The notes: generated by a model from the sequence alone, not told the origin. Positions 37,459 to 47,760 are shown, numbered from the stretch's first letter. The stretch: DNA of 51,051 bases from Sphingorhabdus sp. (GCF_044239005.1 NZ_JBIICH010000001.1:1-51051); one strand, 5' to 3'. Numbers and translations are program-made.

Positions 37459-38261
37459 CCCGCTTTACGCGCTTTCGCGACTGCGGCTTTCAGGGCATCA
37501 AAGCCAACCGCACCTTCCAATATCTGGTCGCCGATAATGAAGGTTGGTGTGCCACCAAAGCCAACTTGTTGCATGATCGCAAGGTTGCTTTCGACCTCGG
37601 CAATCGCTTCACGCGAGCGCGCAAATTTTTCGGCAGCGGCGGGGTTCATCCCTGCTTTTAAAGCGGCGGCACGGATGCTTTGGGCATCGGGGCGGCCACC
37701 GCTGAACAGCGCGTCATGAAATGCCTTATACTTGCCTTGCTTGGCGGCTGCGAGTGCCCATAAGGCTGCATCGCGGCTGGTCGCGCTGAGGATCGGTAGC
37801 TCGCGGATGACCACGCGGATATTGCTGTCGCTATCGATAAGCTTTTGCACATCTGCAACGCTGGAGCGGCAATATCCGCAATTATAATCGGTAAACTCGA
37901 CGATCGTGACATCGCCATTGGGATTCCCGAACTCCGCCCCGGGGAAGGGCTCGGTCAGCTTAGCGCCCACGGCGCTGAGGCGCTGCGTTGCCTCACGCTT
38001 TTGCAAGACGCCAATGGCTTCTGTAATAATCTCCGGATTTTCCAATATATATGCGCGTACAATTGCCTCGGTCGCTTTGCGGTCGTTGGCGTTCATGCCC
38101 GCGGCTGCGGCAGCCTTGGCGGCCTCCTCTGCTGCAGCGCCTGCTGGTTCTTGCACGGACATGCTATCTTTTGGCCAAAACAGATAAGCGCCGATGGCTG
38201 CCAGCAAAAGTGTGGCGGCAAGAATAAGGATAAGCGGCGTGCGCGACGTCATGTTGTTCAT
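37455..38261 (-). CDS. DsbA-family (Com1-like) thiol:disulfide oxidoreductase
   Basis: YILENPE, EFTDYNCGYC and GTPTF; N-terminal TM segment. Confidence 0.9.
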   Translation of the reverse strand: MNNMTSRTPLILILAATLLLAAIGAYLFWPKDSMSVQEPAGAAAEEAAKAAAAAGMNANDRKATEAIVRAYILENPEIITEAIGVLQKREATQRLSAVGAKLTEPFPGAEFGNPNGDVTIVEFTDYNCGYCRSSVADVQKLIDSDSNIRVVIRELPILSATSRDAALWALAAAKQGKYKAFHDALFSGGRPDAQSIRAAALKAGMNPAAAEKFARSREAIAEVESNLAIMQQVGFGGTPTFIIGDQILEGAVGFDALKAAVAKARKAG

Positions 38262-38303
38262 AGCGGCCCGATTAGCCCCCGCCGCACCCAGTGGCCAGCC
38301 AAT

Positions 38304-39671
38304 TCAGCGTTTCCGCTTCTTGAGCTGCGCAAGCTTTGCTTCGGCAACCATGTTGATGTCCTGAGCGCGTATCCAATCGGGTGAATATTCGGGCAGGCCA
38401 GCCATTGCGGTCTGCGCATTCGGCAACGCCAATTGCGGCGCACCTTCCATCAAATAACGCTCCGCACTGGCGAGGGCCGCGCGCGCGCTATCGCCCTTTT
38501 GTTCGTAAACGACGCCCAATTGGTACCAGGCAAAAGGATTTTGATTATCTTTGGTGACGGCGGCTTTCAGTACCTGAGCCGCCTCATCAAGTTTTGTCTT
38601 ATCCTCGGTGGCAATCAACGCATGCCCGAATATGGCGGCGATCAGCGGCTGATTTCCCGTGAGGCTCACCGCTTTGCGTAACGGTATAATCGCGTCTGCT
38701 GGGCGGCCGGATTCCAGCAATATTTGCCCATGCAATTCAAGGAAATAGGGATCTTCGGGGGCCGACGCGACGAGTGCCGATGATTCATCCAGCGCCTTTT
38801 GCGGATAGGCAGACTTATGCCACGCATAGGCACGGGCATAGCGGGCAGGCACACTTTTGTCGCTTTCGGGATAATCGCGCATCGTTGCCGTCGGGTCCGA
38901 CAGATAGCCCGTCAGCTTTGCCTTGATCCGTTTGAAATCACTCTCCCACTTCGGATTTAGCGGTGCATCCCACGCCGGATCGGCGGAATATTTGTCCTGC
39001 AGCACCGAAATACGTTCGCCCGACAAGGGGTGGGTGCGGCCATAGCTGTCCTCTTGCGGGATGCCGAGGCGGAATTCGAAATTCTGTAGCTTTTTGAAAA
39101 AGCTGATGGAGCCACGGCCCGAAATGCCTGCGGTAGAGAGATATTGCGCGCCAGACGCATCGGCTGTGCCTTCTTGTCCACGGCTATAGGCAAGGAACTT
39201 GCCCATCGCGGCTTGCTGGCCCGCGGATAATATGCCCATGCCAGCTTCGCCCGCGCCAGCCGCCATGGCCGCAGCGGCAAGTATCAAGCTGGCAATGCTG
39301 ATGCCGCTCGCGACCGAAGCGCCTTCGTCGAAGCGCACGGCATGGCCGCCGACGACGTGGCCAAGTTCGTGCGCAATCACGCCTTGCACTTCGTTTGCGG
39401 TGGTCGCGGCGTCAATCAATCCACTGTGCAGATAGACCGCTTGCCCGCCCGCGACGAATGCGTTGACGGATTTGTCATTGATCAGGATGATGTCGACATT
39501 GTTCGGGTCAAGCCCCGCCGCGGTAATCAATGGCGCGGAAATTTCTTTGAAAAAAGCTTCGGTTTCAGCATCGCGCAAAATGGACTGCGCCATAACCGGG
39601 CGCACGGATATCCATATGGCAAGAAACAGCACCAATGCTGTTCGCAGGGCACGAAATACAGAATTGTTCAT
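38304..39671 (-). CDS. bepA: M48 metalloprotease with TPR repeats (BepA/YfgC-like)
   Basis: Signal peptide, ILRDAE, NAFV, HELGH zinc motif, THP and TPR tail. Start moved to ATG 39671. Confidence 0.88.
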   Translation of the reverse strand: MNNSVFRALRTALVLFLAIWISVRPVMAQSILRDAETEAFFKEISAPLITAAGLDPNNVDIILINDKSVNAFVAGGQAVYLHSGLIDAATTANEVQGVIAHELGHVVGGHAVRFDEGASVASGISIASLILAAAAMAAGAGEAGMGILSAGQQAAMGKFLAYSRGQEGTADASGAQYLSTAGISGRGSISFFKKLQNFEFRLGIPQEDSYGRTHPLSGERISVLQDKYSADPAWDAPLNPKWESDFKRIKAKLTGYLSDPTATMRDYPESDKSVPARYARAYAWHKSAYPQKALDESSALVASAPEDPYFLELHGQILLESGRPADAIIPLRKAVSLTGNQPLIAAIFGHALIATEDKTKLDEAAQVLKAAVTKDNQNPFAWYQLGVVYEQKGDSARAALASAERYLMEGAPQLALPNAQTAMAGLPEYSPDWIRAQDINMVAEAKLAQLKKRKR

Positions 39672-39720
39672 ATGCAGTGAATGGCGCGAACTGGATGAAC
39701 GCGCAATGAAGAAGTTGGGC

Positions 39721-39754
39721 AAAACAAAACCCCGCCAGTCCATGACCGGCGGGG
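39721..39754 (-). terminator. Intrinsic terminator of rne
   Basis: GC-rich hairpin at 39730-39754 followed on the minus strand by TTTTGTTTT. Confidence 0.8.
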
Positions 39755-39778
39755 CTATGTGGAAACAGTAAATCGGGT

Positions 39779-42424
39779 TTAACCGAACGTGCGTTGCCAC
39801 CAACCTGAACGGGGTGGGCCATCGTCCGCTCCACCAGCTTCGGTTGTTGATGTTACATCCTGTGCAACATCTTTGGCAGCGGCTTTCTTGCGTGGCGCCT
39901 TGGCTTTGGCCTTTGGAGCCTCCGCCGTTTCGTCAGCTACCGCTTCAGCTTCAGCTACCGGTGCTTTTGCACGGCTGCGTGGCTTTGCGGGCGCCTTTGC
40001 TTTGGCAACAGGTGCTTCTTCTGGAGCGCTTGGGGCTTCAGTTGCTTTTGCTTCCGGTGCGTCTGCTTCTACAACGACCTTTTCAGCCTTTGGCTTTGCC
40101 CGGCTTGCACGCTTTGGCTTTGCGGGTGCTTCGACAGGCGCTTCAGCAACTTCCGCTTCAGCTGCTGCTGGGGCTTCGGTTGTTGCTTCACCTGCACCCG
40201 TTTCACGGTCGCGATCACGGCCTCTGCCGCCACGGCGACCACGACGGGCCCTTGGCTTGGCTTCGCCTTCGACATCGCCGTCAGTCTGGACTGTTTCGGC
40301 GTTGCTTTCGCCTTCTGGGCGATCTGCAGCGTTGTTTTCACCCGCAACAGCATCTTCGCCTTCCGGACGGCCATCGCGATCACGACCCTTGCCACCACGA
40401 CGTCCACGACGACGTTTACGCTTGCGGCCTTCACCACCTTCGCCTTCTTCGCGTGGGCGCTCTTCGCGCGTACGGCGTGGTTCGCGCTCAGCCTCTTCGG
40501 CTTCGACTTCGTCGTCGAAATCGTCGATTTCGTCGTCGATATCATCTTCTTCGATGTCGATAATCGGCGGCAGCGCGGCTGGCCGCTCTGGACGTGGACC
40601 GGAGCTTGATACGGCAAGCTTTGCGCCTTCGGTTTCGCCATTGGGCACAATCAGCACGCGGACGTGGTAGCGCTCTTCAATCGCGGCCAGTTCGGCACGC
40701 TTGTTGTTGAGGCAGTAGATTGTGGCTTCTTGGCTCGCCTGCAGAACGATCTGGCTGCCATGACCCTTTGCCGCTTCATCTTCGATGAGACGCAGGGCGG
40801 ACAAAGCAGCAGATGATGCTGTGCGGACAAGGCCAGTGCCTTCACAATGCGGACATTCGCGGGTGGATGCTTCGAGCACGCCGGTGCGCAAACGCTGGCG
40901 GCTCATTTCCATCAAACCAAAGCTCGAAATACGGCCGACCTGAATACGGGCACGGTCGTGTTTCAAAGCTTCCTTCATCGCGCGCTCGACTTTACGGGCG
41001 TTCGAATGATGCTCCATGTCGATGAAGTCGATGACGACAAGGCCAGCCATGTCGCGCAGGCGCAATTGACGAGCAATCTCTCGTGCAGCTTCCAAATTGG
41101 TGGAAAGCGCGGTTTGCTCAATGCCATGTTCTTTGGTCGAACGGCCTGAGTTGATGTCGATCGATACCAAAGCTTCGGTCGGGTTGATGACGATATAGCC
41201 ACCTGACTTCAACTGGACGATGGGCTGATACATGGCGTTCAGCTGATCTTCGACATGGTAACGCTGGAAAAGCGGAACCGGGTCTGCATAATGCTGCACA
41301 CGTTTTGCGTGGCTTGGCATCAGCAGCTTCATGAAGTCCTTGGCGGCTTTATATCCGTCAGGCCCCTCGACGAAGACCTCGTCAATGTCCTTATTATAGA
41401 TATCACGGATGGCACGCTTGATGAGGTCGCTGTCGGTGTGGATCAGCATCGGTGCTGCACCACGAAGCGTCCGTTCACGAATTTCGTCCCAAAGGCGCGC
41501 GAGATAATCAAAGTCGCGCTTGATTTCAGGCTTCGTGCGCGCAAGGCCGGCGGTGCGGATGATGCAACCCATAGTGGATGGCAACGTCAGGTCCGAAATA
41601 ATCGACTTCAAACGCTTACGGTCCGCCGCGCTGTGGATTTTACGGCTGATACCGCCGCCATGCGACGTATTTGGCATCAGAACGCAATAACGACCGGCAA
41701 GGCTGAGATACGTCGTCAGGGCAGCGCCCTTATTGCCGCGCTCTTCCTTCACAACCTGAACCAGCAAAACCTGACGGCGATGAATGACGTCCTGAATTTT
41801 GTAGCGGCGACGCAGGTTCATGCGCTTTGCACGGACTTCGTCGCTGGCCTTTGGTGCGCGGGTTTCGCCATTGCGGCCACCACGGCCACGACGACGGCGG
41901 TTGTTACGGCCGTTTTCGCCGCGCTCGCCTTCGCCTTCGTCTGACGCATCGTCGCCATTGCTGCCAAGGTCGGGTTCTTCGCCCTCGGTCATGTCGATGG
42001 TGTCGACACTGTCGTCGCTATCGACTTCAATCAGGTCGGTAACGTCGTCTTCGCGTTCTGCAGAACCCTGCATGATGTCCGAAGGCTCGTCGCTTTCTTC
42101 CTCTTCCTGCTCACGCAGCGCAGCTTCTTCCGCGGCGGCTTCGGCTTCTTCAGCCAACAAACGCTCGCGGTCTTCGCGTGGGATTTGGTAATAATCGGGG
42201 TGGATTTCGGCAAACGCCAAAAAGCCGTGGCGATTGCCACCATAGTCTACGAAAGCCGCTTGAAGCGAGGGTTCAACTCTTGTTACTTTTGCGAGGTAGA
42301 TGTTGCCTTTGAGCTGCTTGTGCTCGGCCGATTCAAAATCAAATTCCTCAATCTGGTTTCCTGTGACGACTGCGACCCGGGTTTCCTCCCGGTGCCGCGC
42401 ATCGATTAGCATACGCGTTGTCAT
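39779..42424 (-). CDS. rne: Ribonuclease E
   Basis: MLIDA..EETRVAV, KGNIY, RVEPSLQAAF, DINSG, RLRDMAGLVVIDFIDM, Zn-link CPHC, disordered C-tail and GWW end. Start ATG 42424. Confidence 0.97.
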   Translation of the reverse strand: MTTRMLIDARHREETRVAVVTGNQIEEFDFESAEHKQLKGNIYLAKVTRVEPSLQAAFVDYGGNRHGFLAFAEIHPDYYQIPREDRERLLAEEAEAAAEEAALREQEEEESDEPSDIMQGSAEREDDVTDLIEVDSDDSVDTIDMTEGEEPDLGSNGDDASDEGEGERGENGRNNRRRRGRGGRNGETRAPKASDEVRAKRMNLRRRYKIQDVIHRRQVLLVQVVKEERGNKGAALTTYLSLAGRYCVLMPNTSHGGGISRKIHSAADRKRLKSIISDLTLPSTMGCIIRTAGLARTKPEIKRDFDYLARLWDEIRERTLRGAAPMLIHTDSDLIKRAIRDIYNKDIDEVFVEGPDGYKAAKDFMKLLMPSHAKRVQHYADPVPLFQRYHVEDQLNAMYQPIVQLKSGGYIVINPTEALVSIDINSGRSTKEHGIEQTALSTNLEAAREIARQLRLRDMAGLVVIDFIDMEHHSNARKVERAMKEALKHDRARIQVGRISSFGLMEMSRQRLRTGVLEASTRECPHCEGTGLVRTASSAALSALRLIEDEAAKGHGSQIVLQASQEATIYCLNNKRAELAAIEERYHVRVLIVPNGETEGAKLAVSSSGPRPERPAALPPIIDIEEDDIDDEIDDFDDEVEAEEAEREPRRTREERPREEGEGGEGRKRKRRRGRRGGKGRDRDGRPEGEDAVAGENNAADRPEGESNAETVQTDGDVEGEAKPRARRGRRGGRGRDRDRETGAGEATTEAPAAAEAEVAEAPVEAPAKPKRASRAKPKAEKVVVEADAPEAKATEAPSAPEEAPVAKAKAPAKPRSRAKAPVAEAEAVADETAEAPKAKAKAPRKKAAAKDVAQDVTSTTEAGGADDGPPRSGWWQRTFG

Positions 42425-42822
42425 TGATATTACTCCAGCGAGCATGGCGCCCGGTTGTCAGCCAAAGGCCGCTCGCTTTATTGTTGATGCAATGCCAGAC
42501 GGGACGCACAGCGTTCCTGTCGGCAAAGCGATATGGTGGGAATGTATGAATTGCGTCTGCTGCTTGTGCATGGCGGGCGTGTATCGCGCGCGCTTGATTT
42601 CCAGCCCATGCGCCAGTCCCTGTGCGGGCGGCGTTGGTGGAAATATCATGCCTCATGCAGCGTCAACCTGTTAATGTGCCGAGCGGAAAAGAACCGAAGG
42701 CGGATTGGCGGGAAGATCAAAAGAAATTCCCTGTAGCTATTCGCTAGCACTCCTACGGGTTGTCGGCAAGGGCATCGCGCGAAATAGCTTGCTATTATGG
42801 ACGGAAAAACCGGTTTTTAGCC

Positions 42823-42838
42823 TTAATGCGCCATTAAC
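42823..42838 (+). promoter_or_regulatory. CtrA-binding box upstream of amiC
   Basis: TTAA-TGCGCCA-TTAAC is an exact TTAA-N7-TTAAC. Confidence 0.65.
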
Positions 42839-42907
42839 CTCGTCTGGACACCAGCGTTTACCCGCCCACCCCTTACTCTCCATTCATCAGGTAGGCGGAG
42901 CCGGGGC

Positions 42908-43882
42908 GTGGACGAAAAAATTTTCTGGACGAGGGCAAGGGCTAGAAGCCCTAAGTACTATATACGCGCTGCTGCGCTTTTTGCCACCTTGCCGGTTTTC
43001 GCGTCCCCCGCGATTGGCGGAGCCATTCAGCACGTTTCGGTGCAGGGGATAGTAGGGCCGCGAACAACCCAAATCGCGCCATCAATGGCATTTCGCTCTG
43101 AACCACCACAGCGGCGTTACCAAGTGACCGCACCCATTCGCTCGAACGTCGGCAAAGGCCGACCGAAAATAAGCGGCCCTGCGGACGCAAGCCTACCCCT
43201 TGTCGTCATTGATGCAGGGCATGGCGGCCATGACCCGGGCGCCATCAGTCCACATGGCGGGCAGCGCGAAAAAGACGTCACATTGGCAATTGCTAAAGCG
43301 GTGCGTGATGAAATGCTCAAAAGCGGCCGTGTCCGCGTTGCGTTAACGCGGGACAGCGATAAATTTATCGTGCTGCAGGACAGGTATCAGATCGCACGCA
43401 AGCTGAATGCCGACCTGTTCATCTCTATTCACGCGGACAGCGCCGACAATCCGCAAGCCAGCGGCGGCACCGTTTATACGCTGTCCGAAATTGCGTCCGA
43501 TCGCGAGGCGCAGCGGCTTGCTGCCCGCGAAAACAAGGCGAACATCCTCAACGGCGTTAATCTGGGCGGTGCTGATGCCAATGTATCGTCAATCCTTATT
43601 GACCTGACGCAGCGCGAGACCATGAATGTGTCTGCTGATTTCGCAAAGCTGTTGCTGCGTGAGGCAACGCCGAACATGCGTATCCGTGGAAATTCGCACC
43701 GCTTTGCGTCCTTTATTGTGCTCAATGCGCCAGATACGCCGTCGGTATTGTTCGAAACGGGTTATCTGAGCAATGCATCCGATGTCAGCTTTCTGGCATC
43801 ATCGACCGGACGTCAAAAAGTCGCCCGGGCTGTGGCGAATGCCATTCAGGTCCACTTTGCACGCAGGATCGTGGCCCGATAA
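42908..43882 (+). CDS. amiC: N-acetylmuramoyl-L-alanine amidase (Amidase_3, AmiC-like)
   Basis: VVIDAGHGGHDPGA, REK, SIHAD and LFETG; conserved rne/amiC/mrcA synteny. Start codon uncertain. Confidence 0.88.
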   Translation: MDEKIFWTRARARSPKYYIRAAALFATLPVFASPAIGGAIQHVSVQGIVGPRTTQIAPSMAFRSEPPQRRYQVTAPIRSNVGKGRPKISGPADASLPLVVIDAGHGGHDPGAISPHGGQREKDVTLAIAKAVRDEMLKSGRVRVALTRDSDKFIVLQDRYQIARKLNADLFISIHADSADNPQASGGTVYTLSEIASDREAQRLAARENKANILNGVNLGGADANVSSILIDLTQRETMNVSADFAKLLLREATPNMRIRGNSHRFASFIVLNAPDTPSVLFETGYLSNASDVSFLASSTGRQKVARAVANAIQVHFARRIVAR

Positions 43883-43964
43883 TCATCGGGTGCGATAAAA
43901 ATCGCGCCAAGTTGCAGAACAAGATTCTGGACCTGTCCGGCAAATCGGCTAGAGAGGGCCGATA

Positions 43965-46481
43965 ATGGATAACTCGTCTCCAACCACCCAAGAGCCAACT
44001 GCTATCAGCTACAGGCTGAAACGCGAAGCCGAAGGATTTATCGGCAAGTGGCAGGTCTGGTGGCAAAGCAAACGTTTTCGGCGCGCTACCTACGGGGTTG
44101 GCGCGTTTGTTCTGTTTCTCATGCTCTTTTGGGTGCTTTTTGCGCGCAATCTTCCCGATGCAGAGGCATTGATCGAATATGAATCGCCGCTGCCAACGGT
44201 GGTACGCGACGTTAATGGAGAACCATTTCACAGCTACGCCCGCGAACGGCGCGTTCAGCTGGAATATGCCGACTTCCCCAAATTACTGGTCCGGGCCTAT
44301 CTCGCGGCAGAAGATAAAACATTCTTCAGCCATGGCGGTATCGATTATCCCGGTATCGTTTCGGCGATTTTTGACAATATTTTCAGCAGCAAACGCTCGC
44401 GCGGTGCGTCGACAATAACGCAGCAGGTCGCCAAAAACCTTTTGCTGACCAACGAGTATAGTTACACCCGCAAGGTCAAAGAGGCGATTTTGGCCAAGCG
44501 TATTGAAAGCGCGCTGACCAAGCCGCAGATCCTGTCGCTATACCTCAATGAAATTGCGCTCGGTCGGCAGGCGTTCGGCGTGGAAGCCGCCGCGCAGGCC
44601 TATTTCGCGAAAAGCGTTGATCAGCTTCAGCTGCATGAAATGGCCTTTCTCGCCATCTTGCCCAAGGCGCCAGAACGTTATGGTCGCGCAAAGAACGCAC
44701 AGCTTGCCATTGCCCGTCGCAACTGGGTGCTGGGCGAAATGCGCAAGAATGAATGGATCACGGACGCGCAACTCGTGGCCGCCCGTGCCCAGCCGCTTGG
44801 CCTTGTTGCCCAGCGCGGTACCGGATATAAAAATGTCGGCGGTTATTTCGCGGAAGAAGTACGCCGCCAGCTCATTGAGCGCTTTGGTGAAACCGATGCC
44901 GACGGACCCTATAGCGTCTATTCAGGCGGTCTGTGGGTACGTTCATCGATGAACGCCGATTACCAGATACTTGCGACCCAAGCACTGCGCGACGGTTTGC
45001 TGCGTTATAACGCTGGCAAAGCGTGGAAAGCCAATATGGGCACGATTGACGTGTCGGATGACAAATGGGCGTCACGATTTGCAGCGACCAATATTGCCAT
45101 TGATTACGCCCAATGGCGCGCTGGTGTTGCTTTGGGCAAAGGCAAAGTGGGCTTTGCTGATGGCAGCATTGCGCAGTTAGACGGCGCGCCATCGGCGATG
45201 AAAGCCGGCGATGTTATCGCTGTCGCCCCCAATGGTACGAATAGCTACGCCGTGCGCAGCGTTCCAGAAGTCGGCGGCGGCATGGTGGTGCAAAACCCAT
45301 TGAATGGCCGCGTTTTGGCGATCCAAGGCGGTTTTGATAACCGAATTTCCAGCTTTAACCGCGCAACACAGGCGCAACGTCAGCCAGGTTCTACGATCAA
45401 GCCATTCGTCTATGCGACGGCGCTTGATAACGGCATGACGCCGACATCCATCATCGTCGATGGACCATATTGCGTGTGGCAAGGGGCATCGCTCGGCCAA
45501 AAATGCTTCCGGAACTTCACCGGTAATGGTGCAGGGCCGCAAACGATGCGTTGGGGGCTTGAACAATCGCGCAACCTGATGACGGTGCGTGCTGCCGCGG
45601 AATCGGGGATGGACAATGTGACCGACACCTTCCGCGATTTCGGCATCGGCGATTATCCGGATTATCTTTCTTATGCCTTGGGCGCGGGTGACACGACCGT
45701 GCTGAAGATGGTCAATGCCTATTCGATGCTGGTCAATCACGGCCGCGAATTGAAGCCGACGCTCATCGATTTTGCGCAGAACCGGAAAGGCAAAGTCATT
45801 TTTCCGGCCAAATGGAAACCTTGCAAGGGCTGCCGCGCAAAGGATTGGGACGGGAAGCCCATGCCGCGCTTTGCTGCTGCGGGTAAGCAGGTCATGGACC
45901 CAATTACCGCGTATCAAGTCGTCCACATGCTTGAAGGCGTCATTGAACGCGGCACGGCGGTTACATTGCGCGAACTGGATCGCCCGTTATTTGGCAAGAC
46001 CGGCACGACAACTGGCCCCACCAACGTATGGTTTATTGGTGGGTCGCCACATCTGGTTGCAGGGCTTTATTTGGGCTTTGATCAGCCGCGGAATATGGGT
46101 GGCTATGCGCAGGGTAGTTCACTTGCAGCCCCCATCTTCAAACAATTTGCGCGGTCCGCGATGGCCGGCATGCCAAAGACACCGTTTATCGCGCCCGCGG
46201 GAACCCGGCTGGTGCGCATCGACCGAAAGAGCGGCAAGCGCGTCTATGGCGCTTGGCCGGGCAGAGACCCCATGAGCGCGGTGATTTGGGAAGCATTCAA
46301 GGCCGAGACCGAACCGAAGCGCTCCATTCGCCAAGAGGAGCTAGCGGCCCGCGAAGACAAGCCCAAGGAAGCATCCGAGGCGCAGTCCAATAGTGCAACG
46401 CGATCGTCGACATCGGCGAGCACCAGCGTCGGGACAAAACGCGATCAGGAGTTTATCCAGCAAGAGGGCGGGATATACTAA
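43965..46481 (+). CDS. mrcA: Penicillin-binding protein 1A (class A PBP)
   Basis: Transglycosylase motifs AAED, GASTITQQVAKN and YLNEI; transpeptidase motifs STIK, SRN and KTG. Confidence 0.95.
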   Translation: MDNSSPTTQEPTAISYRLKREAEGFIGKWQVWWQSKRFRRATYGVGAFVLFLMLFWVLFARNLPDAEALIEYESPLPTVVRDVNGEPFHSYARERRVQLEYADFPKLLVRAYLAAEDKTFFSHGGIDYPGIVSAIFDNIFSSKRSRGASTITQQVAKNLLLTNEYSYTRKVKEAILAKRIESALTKPQILSLYLNEIALGRQAFGVEAAAQAYFAKSVDQLQLHEMAFLAILPKAPERYGRAKNAQLAIARRNWVLGEMRKNEWITDAQLVAARAQPLGLVAQRGTGYKNVGGYFAEEVRRQLIERFGETDADGPYSVYSGGLWVRSSMNADYQILATQALRDGLLRYNAGKAWKANMGTIDVSDDKWASRFAATNIAIDYAQWRAGVALGKGKVGFADGSIAQLDGAPSAMKAGDVIAVAPNGTNSYAVRSVPEVGGGMVVQNPLNGRVLAIQGGFDNRISSFNRATQAQRQPGSTIKPFVYATALDNGMTPTSIIVDGPYCVWQGASLGQKCFRNFTGNGAGPQTMRWGLEQSRNLMTVRAAAESGMDNVTDTFRDFGIGDYPDYLSYALGAGDTTVLKMVNAYSMLVNHGRELKPTLIDFAQNRKGKVIFPAKWKPCKGCRAKDWDGKPMPRFAAAGKQVMDPITAYQVVHMLEGVIERGTAVTLRELDRPLFGKTGTTTGPTNVWFIGGSPHLVAGLYLGFDQPRNMGGYAQGSSLAAPIFKQFARSAMAGMPKTPFIAPAGTRLVRIDRKSGKRVYGAWPGRDPMSAVIWEAFKAETEPKRSIRQEELAAREDKPKEASEAQSNSATRSSTSASTSVGTKRDQEFIQQEGGIY

Positions 46482-46629
46482 ACATTCGCCCAATATAGGG
46501 CGTTTCGTCCTATATTGGGGCGCCAATTTGGTAAGCCGAAGAACGTTCGCGCAATTAGCTGGCTTTGACTTCGCGGGCGTTTCGGTTAAAGGCCGCGCCT
46601 GACATTTTTCATTCCCGTGGAGTTTCCCC

Positions 46630-47757
46630 ATGCGCGCCGACGCAGAAGGCTATGTTGCCCGCATTGATGCTGCCCTTAACCTGGTCAAGATGTCGCTTGA
46701 TTGGGACCGCGCATTGCGCCGCCTTGATGAGTTGAACGCAAAGGTGGAAGACCCGACCTTGTGGGATAATCCCAAAGCCGCTGAAGAGGTTATGCGCGAG
46801 CGCCGCCGCCTTGATGCCGCCATCAGCACCGTGCGCGAAATTGACGCCGACAAGAGCGGGACGGTCGAACTGATTGAGCTTGCCGAAATGGAAGGCGATG
46901 CAGAGCTGGGCGACGAAGGTGCCGCATCGCTTAAGGCGTTGGCGGATCGTGCCGACAAGGACAAGGTCATGGCGCTGCTGTCGGGCGAGGCCGATGGCAA
47001 TGATACCTTCATCGAAATTCACGCTGGCGCAGGCGGCACGGAAAGCCAGGATTGGGCCGAAATGCTACAGCGCATGTATTATCGCTGGGCCGAACAGCGC
47101 GGTTATAAAGTCGAAATGGTGGATTATCAGGCCGGTGATCAGGCCGGAATCAAGTCGGCGACGTTGCTGGTCAAAGGTGAAAATGCCTATGGCTATGCCA
47201 AGACAGAAAGCGGCGTCCATCGTCTTGTCCGCATTTCGCCTTATGACAGCGCCGCCAAGCGCCACACCAGCTTCTCCAGCGTTTGGGTCTATCCTGTCAT
47301 TGATGACAATATCGACATTGAAATCAACGAAGGCGATTTGAAGATCGACACCTACCGCGCGTCAGGCGCAGGTGGGCAGCACGTTAATACGACCGACTCC
47401 GCCGTGCGTATTACCCACAAACCGTCCGGCATCGTCGTGGCCAGCCAAAATGATCGCAGCCAGCACAAGAACCGCGCAACCGCGATGGGCATGTTGAAGG
47501 CGCGCTTGTACGAGGCGGAGCTTCGCAAGCGTGAAGAAGTCGCATCGGGCGAATATGCGGCCAAAACCGAAATCGGCTGGGGCCACCAAATCCGTTCTTA
47601 TGTGCTTCAGCCCTATCAAATGGTGAAAGACCTGCGCACCGGCGTGACGTCGCCAACACCCAGCGATGTGCTGGACGGCGACCTAGACAATTTCATCGCC
47701 GCCGCATTGGCCCAGCGCGTGACAGGCGAGGCTGTTTCCGTCGACGATGTTGATTGA
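46630..47757 (+). CDS. prfB: Peptide chain release factor 2 (no internal frameshift)
   Basis: ESGVHRLVRISPYD (SPF-type tripeptide), GAGGQHVN and WGHQIRSY; continuous 375-aa ORF. Confidence 0.96.
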   Translation: MRADAEGYVARIDAALNLVKMSLDWDRALRRLDELNAKVEDPTLWDNPKAAEEVMRERRRLDAAISTVREIDADKSGTVELIELAEMEGDAELGDEGAASLKALADRADKDKVMALLSGEADGNDTFIEIHAGAGGTESQDWAEMLQRMYYRWAEQRGYKVEMVDYQAGDQAGIKSATLLVKGENAYGYAKTESGVHRLVRISPYDSAAKRHTSFSSVWVYPVIDDNIDIEINEGDLKIDTYRASGAGGQHVNTTDSAVRITHKPSGIVVASQNDRSQHKNRATAMGMLKARLYEAELRKREEVASGEYAAKTEIGWGHQIRSYVLQPYQMVKDLRTGVTSPTPSDVLDGDLDNFIAAALAQRVTGEAVSVDDVD

Positions 47758-47760
47758 CGC

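Noticed and set aside
39789-40670. Low-complexity Ala/Ser/Arg ORFs opposite the rne 3' half
   Set aside because: They mirror the disordered RNase E C-tail and are not independent genes or a repeat array.
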